Source of the DNA: an uncultured Gammaproteobacteria bacterium
GTDB lineage: Bacteria; Patescibacteriota; Patescibacteriia; Patescibacteriales; UBA12465
Direction: 5' to 3'
Assembly (NCBI GenBank): GCA_964648205.1
Contig: CAZYNT010000001.1
Span: 47,765 to 111,764, forward strand
DNA: 64,000 nucleotides
Shown piece after piece: positions 9,302 through 17,505 of the stretch. The notes under the pieces are model-generated. The model saw nothing but the letters and a program-made list of their open reading frames with translations, made no database searches and was not told the DNA's origin. Every line of letters begins with the position of its first letter. The stretch's first letter is position 1. Made by a program: the position numbers and the translations under genes.

Positions 9302-11350
9302 ATGCCTAAAGACCCAAAAAACCCCAACGCTTACGGCGCCGATCAAATTACAGTTTTAGAAGGATTGGAACCGGTTAGAAAAAGACCGGGCATGTACATC
9401 GGTTCAACTTCTGGAGCCGGCTTGCATCATTTGATTTGGGAAGTCGTTGATAATTCTATTGACGAAGCTATGGCCGGCTATGCTTCGGAAATTTCTGTTT
9501 CCCTGCTCCCCGATGGCATGGTTTCAGTAGTCGATAACGGCCGCGGCATCCCGGTCGAGAAGCATAAAGTAACCGGCGTTTCGGCTCTAGAAACAGTTTT
9601 AACCAAACTGCACGCCGGTGGCAAATTCGGCGACGGAGGCTATAAAGTTTCCGGCGGTCTGCACGGCGTCGGCGTTTCGGTCGTTAATGCTTTAAGCGAA
9701 TACCTCAAAGCCGAAGTCCATGTCGGCGGGAAAATTTGGGAGCAAGAATATAAAATCGGCAAACCGTTAAAAGCCGCCAAACCGGTCGACACTTGCAAAG
9801 ATACAGGCACGACCATTACTTTTAAGCCGGACAAAACCATATTTACTGAACTAGAATTTAGCTGGGGAAAAATTTTAGACCGCTTAAGGCAGCAATCGTA
9901 TCTGACCAAGGGCATTACGATCAGCGTCTTTGACAAGCGCGATGGCCATCGCGCCAAAAAATATAAATTCCACTTCGAGGGCGGCATTAAATCGTATATT
10001 AAATCCTTGCATCGCAATAAAGCTGTTAAAAACGACACTGTTTTTTATATCGATAAGGATACTAACGACTGCAAGATTGAACTGGCCCTGCAATATAACG
10101 ATGAATATAATGAAACCGTTTTAGCGTTCGCGAACAATATCCATAACCCGGAAGGCGGCACCCATGTCGCCGGCTTCCGTTCTGCCTTAACCAGAACTTT
10201 GAATAATTATGCTCGCGTTAAAAATCTTTTGAAAGATAAGGACGAAAATTTAACGGGCGAAGATGTCCGCGAAGGCTTAACCGCGATTATCAGCGTCAAG
10301 CTCCCTGATCCGCAATTTGAAGGCCAGACTAAAGGCAAACTCGGCAACGCCGAAATGAAAGGATATGTGGAAACTATCTTCGGCGAAACCTTTACGACTT
10401 TCTTGGAGGAACACCCGAAAGAAGCGGAGGCGATTATCGGTAAATGCGTTCTGTCTGCTCAAGCCCGTATGGCCGCCCGAACCGCGCGCGCCACTATTCT
10501 GCGCAAAAGCGCCCTGGAAGGCATGACGCTCCCGGGCAAGCTCGCGGACTGCTCAAGCCGCCACCCCGAAGAATGCGAATTATATATTGTAGAGGGCGAT
10601 TCGGCCGGCGGCAGCGCCAAACAAGGCCGCAACCGTAAATTCCAGGCCATCCTTCCTTTGCGCGGTAAAATTTTAAACGTCGAACGCGCCCGTCTCGACA
10701 AGATGCTCGCCAATAATGAAATTAAAAATTTGGTAATCGCGCTGGGCACCAATATTGATGATCAATTTGATATTGAAAAATTAAGATACCATCGCATTAT
10801 TATCATGACTGATGCGGATGTCGACGGCGCCCATATCAGAACTCTTCTCCTGACGCTCTTCTTCCGCCATTTTACCCCGCTGGTAACCGGCGGCTATATG
10901 TATATCGCGCAACCGCCGCTCTATCAATTGAAGAAAGGCTCGGTTGTCCGCTACGCCTACAGCGATGAAGAAAAAGAGAAAATAATTATTGAACTCGGAG
11001 GCGGCGTTGAAGAAGCGGTTGAGGTCGGCGAAGAAAATGATGAGGGTGAAAATATTGAAGTAGTCGAAGAGGAAAAAGAAGAAGGCAAAAAAGGCAAGAA
11101 GGGGAATGAAGATGAAAAAAAGAAACCGAACAAAATAACTATCCAGCGCTATAAAGGCTTGGGCGAAATGAACCCCGAACAACTTTGGGAAACGACCATG
11201 GACCCGGCCGGCCGCATAGTTAAACAAGTAACCATTGAAGACGCAGCGAAAGCCGACCAGATATTCGATATGTTGATGGGGGATAACGTTGCGCCGCGCA
11301 AGAATTTCATCCAGACCCATGCTAAAAAGGTACAAAATTTAGATATTTAA
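9302..11350 (+). CDS. gyrB: DNA gyrase subunit B
   Basis: EPVRKRPGMYIG, GGLHGVG, EGDSAGG, PLRGKILN, DADVDG, QRYKGLGEM. Confidence 0.98.
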   Translation: MPKDPKNPNAYGADQITVLEGLEPVRKRPGMYIGSTSGAGLHHLIWEVVDNSIDEAMAGYASEISVSLLPDGMVSVVDNGRGIPVEKHKVTGVSALETVLTKLHAGGKFGDGGYKVSGGLHGVGVSVVNALSEYLKAEVHVGGKIWEQEYKIGKPLKAAKPVDTCKDTGTTITFKPDKTIFTELEFSWGKILDRLRQQSYLTKGITISVFDKRDGHRAKKYKFHFEGGIKSYIKSLHRNKAVKNDTVFYIDKDTNDCKIELALQYNDEYNETVLAFANNIHNPEGGTHVAGFRSALTRTLNNYARVKNLLKDKDENLTGEDVREGLTAIISVKLPDPQFEGQTKGKLGNAEMKGYVETIFGETFTTFLEEHPKEAEAIIGKCVLSAQARMAARTARATILRKSALEGMTLPGKLADCSSRHPEECELYIVEGDSAGGSAKQGRNRKFQAILPLRGKILNVERARLDKMLANNEIKNLVIALGTNIDDQFDIEKLRYHRIIIMTDADVDGAHIRTLLLTLFFRHFTPLVTGGYMYIAQPPLYQLKKGSVVRYAYSDEEKEKIIIELGGGVEEAVEVGEENDEGENIEVVEEEKEEGKKGKKGNEDEKKKPNKITIQRYKGLGEMNPEQLWETTMDPAGRIVKQVTIEDAAKADQIFDMLMGDNVAPRKNFIQTHAKKVQNLDI

Positions 11351-11354
11351 TTTT

Positions 11355-11786
11355 ATGTATATTTATATTTTAACGCCGATTGTCGCCTTTATTATCGCCC
11401 AAGGAGCCAAAGTTTTCCTGCGCTCCTTCCACCACAAAATTACCTGGCATGATGTTTTTGCTTATTCTGATATGCCGAGCGGGCATACGGCCGTAACTGT
11501 TTCCCTGGTTACTATCTTAGGGCTGAAGCTGGGCATTAGCTCTCCTGTTTTTGCGGCCGCTTTCGTCTTTACCGCGATTGTCATAACCGATGCGATTGGC
11601 CTGCGCAACTATCTCGGGCAGCACGGAAAAACTCTGAATGTACTGGTAAAAGATCTGAAAGAAGATGAATTCCTGGACAGATCTTATCCGAAACAATTGG
11701 AGCGTATCGGCCATACCCCGCTTCAAGTTATCGTCGGTGCTTTCGTCGGCATTATAACTAGTTTGATAAGTTTTCTTTTTTTCTAA
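11355..11786 (+). CDS. divergent PAP2 family (DUF212) protein
   Basis: MPSGHTA, DAIGLR, ERIGHTP motifs. Confidence 0.88.
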   Translation: MYIYILTPIVAFIIAQGAKVFLRSFHHKITWHDVFAYSDMPSGHTAVTVSLVTILGLKLGISSPVFAAAFVFTAIVITDAIGLRNYLGQHGKTLNVLVKDLKEDEFLDRSYPKQLERIGHTPLQVIVGAFVGIITSLISFLFF

Positions 11787-11816
11787 AGAATTAATTTATA
11801 ACCCTCTGATATAAAT

Positions 11817-11844
11817 AAGCCCCGTCTGCTGGCGGGGCTTTTTT
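11817..11844. terminator. intrinsic terminator
   Basis: AAGCCCCGTC-TGCT-GGCGGGGCTT followed by T-tract, between convergent genes. Confidence 0.75.
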
Positions 11845-12143
11845 CACAAAAAGAGACTTTGACCGGTTAAGGGTAAGAATAAATCACAGATATTATCCGG
11901 CACATAACTTTTAAAGCCGCCACCAATTTTGGCACAAGCTTTTTTAAAGCTGAGAACCGATACTCCTAAGCTGTGAAATTTATATGGACCCCAACCCTTC
12001 TCTCTTAATTTTTGAATTACTTTTACCACCCCATCTTTGGTGGTGGCTTGTTCTAAGCTTAAATCAAGCTCCAGGTTTTTCACGATGAGCATCAGGATTT
12101 CCTTATCTCTGGCGCTCAAATTACTATTTTCTGGCACTGGCAT
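11844..12143 (-). CDS. hypothetical protein
   Basis: 99-aa ORF preceded by SD AGGAGG. Confidence 0.65.
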   Translation of the reverse strand: MPVPENSNLSARDKEILMLIVKNLELDLSLEQATTKDGVVKVIQKLREKGWGPYKFHSLGVSVLSFKKACAKIGGGFKSYVPDNICDLFLPLTGQSLFL

Positions 12144-12203
12144 TGGAACCTCCTTTTTTATTGTTTCTTTTATATTTTTTAACTATCAAATCTATCTTTT
12201 TTA

Positions 12204-13106
12204 CTATTTTTTGTCAATAAGAGAACTACCACTCATTTCTTCTGGTTTAGCTAGACCCATAATACTTAAGATGGTCGGGCTAACATCACTGAGACCACCC
12301 GCCGGAGCCAAGAGACTCAAATCATTATTTATGGGTTCCCGCAAACCGATTGTCTTGCCTTTATACTCTTCACCGACGATAATGAAGGGCACCGGATTAT
12401 CCGTTATATTTTTATCAACCAATTCCGTCGCCATGCTTTTTAAATATTCAGCGTTGCCGCAGGCCGAACTAATTATCAAAACTCCTCTTTCGCCTAAAAC
12501 TAGGCTGACAATTTTCCGCAAATGTTTGTCGATTGTCTCGACCACCTTTTTTACAGCCTTAAAGTCGCCGCTTGCGGCCACTAAATCAAGCGTCGGAATC
12601 GCCGCCACTAAAAAATTATATTTTTCCGATTCTAAAGCTTTTATTAATTCCCGGTTGATTCTGTTCAAAACGAGAACCGGTTTTATATTATGATCGCCGG
12701 ATTGCGAAGAAACTATTTTCCAATCTTCTCCTAATACTCTGGCTTCTTCATGCCCGTTAAAAAAATGGGTCAAAGCAGCCAAACGCTCCGTTTCGGTAAT
12801 TTTAATCTGCTTTATGTTATGGCTCGACAATATCTTGCTAAGCGTCAGATTGGGCACAAAATTTTCATCCGCTAAATCCTGGCCGGCACCTAAACTTAAA
12901 TAACGAGCATTAATTGTTTTATTGTGCGCTTCAATTAGAGCCACCGGATATTCTTTAACCAGGCTATCCAAACAAGGTGTTTTCGCGCTCGTCATGGCAT
13001 TGGCTTCGCTGAGCGGCGCCACGCCCCAGCCATCAAATAATAAAAAAACTACCGGCCTGGCCGCCAGAGGAATTTCCGAGTTTTCGGTAGAAATAATATT
13101 AGTCAT
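12204..13106 (-). CDS. degenerate cofactor-independent phosphoglycerate mutase (phosphatase domain only)
   Basis: DGWG, AKTP, LGAG, FFNG, GNAE, NPVPF scaffold retained; catalytic Ser and metal His residues absent; 300 aa. Confidence 0.85.
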   Translation of the reverse strand: MTNIISTENSEIPLAARPVVFLLFDGWGVAPLSEANAMTSAKTPCLDSLVKEYPVALIEAHNKTINARYLSLGAGQDLADENFVPNLTLSKILSSHNIKQIKITETERLAALTHFFNGHEEARVLGEDWKIVSSQSGDHNIKPVLVLNRINRELIKALESEKYNFLVAAIPTLDLVAASGDFKAVKKVVETIDKHLRKIVSLVLGERGVLIISSACGNAEYLKSMATELVDKNITDNPVPFIIVGEEYKGKTIGLREPINNDLSLLAPAGGLSDVSPTILSIMGLAKPEEMSGSSLIDKK

Positions 13107-14361
13107 TTTGTTTTATGAGGTCGGCGATTTCAAGCAAGCGATTGTATTTTGCCAGCCTCTCCCCTCTTGATAAGGAGCCGGCCTTAAGATAGTCCGCTCC
13201 GCTGGCGACGGCTAAATCAACAATGAAATCATCGACCGTTTCGCCGCTGCGATGCGATACGATTATCTTATAATTATGCTTCTGGGCTAATTTTACACAA
13301 TCTACCGTCTCCGTCAAGGTTCCGATCTGATTGGGCTTAATGATTATGGCGTTAGCCGCCTTTTCTTTCAGCCCCTGGCGCAAACGGTTAGAGTTCGTTG
13401 TAAATAAATCATCGCCGACAACCATGATTTTATCTCCCAATTCGGCCGTCAGCTCGCGCCAATTTTCCCAATCATCTTCAGCTAAGCCGTCTTCAATATA
13501 AAGGAAGGGGTATTTTTTTAACCACTCATTATACAAGCCTATCAAACTGTCCGAACTGAAATAAGCCTTATCAAGCGAAAATAAATATTTTTTAGTGTCC
13601 GCATCATATAGAACCGAAGAGCCGACATCAACCCCGAGCTTAAGGTCTTCGCCCGGCTTATAGCCGGCTCGAATGGTGGCGGCCAGTATCAATTCAATCG
13701 CTTCAATGCTGGAATCAAGGTCCGGCGCATAGCCGCCTTCCGCTCCAGTGTCGGTATCATAATCCGATTCTTTCAAAACTTTGCCTAATTCATGAAAAAC
13801 CTCTGCGCCCATTTGCACCATTTTAGCGGCGGCCATCGGCCGGGGGATTATTAAAAATTCCTGGAAGTCCAAATTAGTATCGGCGTGCTTGCCGCCATTA
13901 AAAATATTAAAAAGCGGCGTCGGTATTTTCGGACGGCCGGTGAAAGCAAAAGTGTCCTGCAAATAAGAAAATAATTCCTGCTTCCGGCTTAAAGCGGCCG
14001 CCCGGGCGCAAGCTAGAGAGACGGCGAGAGTCGCATTCGCCCCCAGATTATTTTTATTCGGCGTGCCGTCGAGAGCGATTAAAGCCTGATCAATTTCACT
14101 TTGTTTTAAAACATCAAAACCGATTAATTTCGGAGCGATAATTTCCCGGATTTTACCGACCGCCCGCAGAACTCCTAAGCCGCCATAGCGTTTTTTATCG
14201 CCATCGCGCAATTCAACCGCTTCATAGCTTCCGGTCGAAGCGCCGCTCGGCACGCTTGCCTTGGCGCTTAAATCGTTAGCCAGGATGACTTTCACTTCAA
14301 TCGTTGGATTGCCCCGTGAATCTAATATTTCACGGGCTAAAATATTTTTTATCTTTGGCAT
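13099..14361 (-). CDS. eno: enolase
   Basis: DSRGNPT, VPSGASTG, VGDDLF, KPNQIG, SHRSGET. Confidence 0.98.
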   Translation of the reverse strand: MPKIKNILAREILDSRGNPTIEVKVILANDLSAKASVPSGASTGSYEAVELRDGDKKRYGGLGVLRAVGKIREIIAPKLIGFDVLKQSEIDQALIALDGTPNKNNLGANATLAVSLACARAAALSRKQELFSYLQDTFAFTGRPKIPTPLFNIFNGGKHADTNLDFQEFLIIPRPMAAAKMVQMGAEVFHELGKVLKESDYDTDTGAEGGYAPDLDSSIEAIELILAATIRAGYKPGEDLKLGVDVGSSVLYDADTKKYLFSLDKAYFSSDSLIGLYNEWLKKYPFLYIEDGLAEDDWENWRELTAELGDKIMVVGDDLFTTNSNRLRQGLKEKAANAIIIKPNQIGTLTETVDCVKLAQKHNYKIIVSHRSGETVDDFIVDLAVASGADYLKAGSLSRGERLAKYNRLLEIADLIKQND

Positions 14362-14372
14362 ATCTTTAATAA

Positions 14373-15560
14373 TTATTTAGTAGCTATTTTAGCGAGCCCG
14401 GGCATCTTCCCGCCTCCTAAATAAGTCAGCATCGCCCCGCCCGCAGTTGAAACCCAATCAACATATTCGGCCATCTTCGTTAATTCCAAGGCCTCGATAG
14501 TTTCCCCGCCGCCCACGAGACCATAGGCCTTGCCGGAAGAGCGCGAAGCGATCAAGCGGGCGATAGAAAGAGTTCCCTGCCGAAAACCCTCTTCTTCAAA
14601 TTTGCCCATCGGTCCGTTCCAAACTAAGGTTTGCGCTTCTTTTATATAATGCGAGAAGAGTGAAATTGTTTCCGGGCCGATGTCTAAAATCATTTCATCT
14701 TTCTTTACTTCTTCCGGCCGGCGGAGTTGAGCCGAACCTGATTTCGTGCGGACAACCACATCGACCGGTAAAATTATTTTCGCAGCCTTCTTTTTGACTC
14801 GACACAACTTGCTAACGCAGACCAGGCTATCCGCATCAAACAAAGATTCGCCGATTTCTTTTTTTTGATACTTAAAAAAATTATTAGCCAAAGCGCCTCC
14901 CAAGAGAATATGGCTGGCCGAAGAATATAGTTTAGAAATAAGGGGCGCTTTAGTCGCGATCTTTGCTCCTCCCATAATTACAACCAGCGGCTTTTTGGGT
15001 TTAATAATTTTATTTAAAGCCGTGATTTCTTTGGCGAGCAATAAGCCGGCATAAGCGGGCAGATATTTTTTGATAGCGGAAACGGAAGCTTGATCGCGAT
15101 GGCAAACCGCGAAAGCGTCATTAATATAAATATCAGCCAAACCCGCCAATTCCCGGGCGAACTTATTATCATTAATTAATTCGCCGGCATTAAAACGCAG
15201 ATTTTCAATCATTAAAATTTCTCCGGCTTTTAAGCGGGAAATCGCTTTGGCGGTTTTCGGTCCTATGGTCTCGGCGCAGAATTTAACCGGTTTCTTTAAA
15301 AGCTTCTGCAAGCGCGCCGCTACCGGCTTAACTGAATAGGCAACTTCGGGCTTTCCCTTGGGCTCTCCTAAATGAGTAGCGACTATAAGCTTCACGCCTT
15401 TTTCTAAAAGATAATTAATTGTTTCGAGTCCGGACTTAATCTTATAATCTTCTTTGATCTTTCCTTTTTGAAGGGCGACATTAAAATCAACCCGTAAAAA
15501 AGCTACTTTATTTTTTAAATTTTTCACCTTTTCAATAGTAGCAATAGTAGCAATTTTCAT
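14373..15560 (-). CDS. pgk: phosphoglycerate kinase
   Basis: RVDFNV, ENLRF, NDAF, WNGPMG, GGA. Confidence 0.96.
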   Translation of the reverse strand: MKIATIATIEKVKNLKNKVAFLRVDFNVALQKGKIKEDYKIKSGLETINYLLEKGVKLIVATHLGEPKGKPEVAYSVKPVAARLQKLLKKPVKFCAETIGPKTAKAISRLKAGEILMIENLRFNAGELINDNKFARELAGLADIYINDAFAVCHRDQASVSAIKKYLPAYAGLLLAKEITALNKIIKPKKPLVVIMGGAKIATKAPLISKLYSSASHILLGGALANNFFKYQKKEIGESLFDADSLVCVSKLCRVKKKAAKIILPVDVVVRTKSGSAQLRRPEEVKKDEMILDIGPETISLFSHYIKEAQTLVWNGPMGKFEEEGFRQGTLSIARLIASRSSGKAYGLVGGGETIEALELTKMAEYVDWVSTAGGAMLTYLGGGKMPGLAKIATK

Positions 15561-15573
15561 AGTTTAAAAAGGG

Positions 15574-16722
15574 TTACTTTAACTCGCCCAATTTAAGGCC
15601 GACCTCCTTTTCCTGGCCGGCGCGAATATAGGTAATAGTAATCTTATCGCCGGCCTTATAGCCGGCAATTATATCCGCCAAATCGTTGGCGGCATTAATT
15701 TCCTGATTATCTATCCAGGTGATTATATCGCCCGGCAAAAGCCCAGCGGCCGCGGCCGGACTATTTTTAACGACCGCGACTTTATCGGCGTCGGGATAAA
15801 TCAAAGACCCTTTATAAATATTCATATCGGGGATGCGTTTAGCCGCCAAATCCAAATAATTAACCCCCAAGAAAGGGCGGGCGACCGGGATTTGCCGGCT
15901 GAAGCTCTGCCAATAGCCGCTATAAGAAAAGGCTGGAATTATTTCTTTATTAGTGCCGATAACCGCGGTTAAATCGCCGGCTAAATTAAAAACAAAAGAA
16001 TTTTTCTGAATCGCCTCCGAATTGTTGGCCAGGGCTAAGCGGGCGTTTGTTAGGTCGCTATTTAAAATCTCCGGCGTCTTTTTGAGCGAAGACAGAGTGG
16101 TCGGCCAGACATTATTATAATTATCAACCACTATCAGCGATTGACCCAGAGACAATTCGGCGCGGGCGGCAATCTTTCTGACCGGCAGATTCGCGGCGGC
16201 GTTCAAATGAAAAAAAACCACATCGCCGGAAGAATTATTCAAGACAGTCACCTTGTCAATCTTATAGATTTTTCTGTCAGAAGCAACGGCCACGTAGCCT
16301 TTAGCGGCAAAGACCTCTTTCATTTCGGCGGACAAAGATGACATTGCCCAGCCATCGCTTGTGATAATTAAACCGATGAATAAAGGATTATCCAAAGAAT
16401 AATACTCCGGCTTTATTGAGTTGCCGGCGGTTTTCTGATCAATTTCCTTAAAAACGCTGACTAGCGACGGAGCAAGAGAATTGATGGTTTCTGCCACCTT
16501 TAAATCCTGATTAACGACTACTTTTTTAGCGTCGCGGATGATTAAATTAGAACGATTATTATTTAAATCAGTTAAATTTAATTCTTGATTGGAAGAGGGG
16601 AAAGAAAAATCACCCAAAAAATAAACCCTGGTTATGATTTCCCCGCAGATGCCGGCGGCTAAGCCGCAAACGACCGTTAAGAAAACCATCAGAAAAAAAT
16701 TGTTTTTGATCTTATTAAACAT
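15574..16722 (-). CDS. HtrA/DegP-like protein with PDZ, protease site degenerate
   Basis: N-terminal TM, trypsin-like scaffold (GLIITSDGW), C-terminal PDZ (RPFLGV, SPAAAAGL..GDII). Confidence 0.85.
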   Translation of the reverse strand: MFNKIKNNFFLMVFLTVVCGLAAGICGEIITRVYFLGDFSFPSSNQELNLTDLNNNRSNLIIRDAKKVVVNQDLKVAETINSLAPSLVSVFKEIDQKTAGNSIKPEYYSLDNPLFIGLIITSDGWAMSSLSAEMKEVFAAKGYVAVASDRKIYKIDKVTVLNNSSGDVVFFHLNAAANLPVRKIAARAELSLGQSLIVVDNYNNVWPTTLSSLKKTPEILNSDLTNARLALANNSEAIQKNSFVFNLAGDLTAVIGTNKEIIPAFSYSGYWQSFSRQIPVARPFLGVNYLDLAAKRIPDMNIYKGSLIYPDADKVAVVKNSPAAAAGLLPGDIITWIDNQEINAANDLADIIAGYKAGDKITITYIRAGQEKEVGLKLGELK

Positions 16723-16734
16723 AAAATAATTTAA

Positions 16735-17496
16735 TTAAAGCCAGCGGGCCGATAAAAGAATAAGAATAATGATTAAGGAGCCGATGACGAGCAGCCATTT
16801 TAAATTTTTATAATAAAGACGCCCGTCGGCGCGCCAATCATCAAACAAAACCAAGAGATAAAAAATGACCGCCAAAAGAAGCCCGAGAATATTATAATTG
16901 AGAGGTAGAAGGAAGAGAGCTCCGGCCGATTCGGCCAAGATCAAAACTTTTACTCCCCAAAAAATCTTCTGTTCCGCTCTAATATTTTTTTCCAATATCA
17001 AGAATTGGCCGAAGAGCCCGAAACTAATCAGGGCAAAAACCAAGAGTAGGATAGAAAAAGGCCAGCTCAAAAAAATAGGCAAAGCGTATAAAGACGAGGC
17101 GATGGCGAAAGTCGAGAGAAAGGAGCCGCTGGTAAGCAAACGGCGCAGCTTGATTGCGCGTTCCGGAGCGCCGAAAGAAAAATAATAATAAATATTTTGC
17201 AGATAAAAAAAGATGAACCAGGCATTTAAAAGAAAAATTACCTGGATCCAGAATTGGCTGACAATCATGGCGCTATAAAAAGAAAAGCTCAAATAAAATA
17301 AGCTGGGCGGCAGAACGAAAACCAGCCAAAATTTAAGACTTTGTTTTCTTATAAGCCGGCGGACGCCGAAAGTAATAATTAACAAGCCCAGACTCAAAGC
17401 GATAAAGAAAAAATCCGGTTTGAAGATAAAAATCTCGTCCAGAACCCAAAGCAAAAACGGAATCAAAATTAAATACAAATAATTATTTTTCATCAT
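16735..17496 (-). CDS. hypothetical polytopic membrane protein
   Basis: About nine hydrophobic segments. Confidence 0.8.
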   Translation of the reverse strand: MMKNNYLYLILIPFLLWVLDEIFIFKPDFFFIALSLGLLIITFGVRRLIRKQSLKFWLVFVLPPSLFYLSFSFYSAMIVSQFWIQVIFLLNAWFIFFYLQNIYYYFSFGAPERAIKLRRLLTSGSFLSTFAIASSLYALPIFLSWPFSILLLVFALISFGLFGQFLILEKNIRAEQKIFWGVKVLILAESAGALFLLPLNYNILGLLLAVIFYLLVLFDDWRADGRLYYKNLKWLLVIGSLIIILILLSARWL

Positions 17497-17505
17497 AAGC
17501 CTAAA

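Noticed and set aside
12037-12693. 218-aa plus-strand ORF
   Set aside because: Antisense to two better-supported genes
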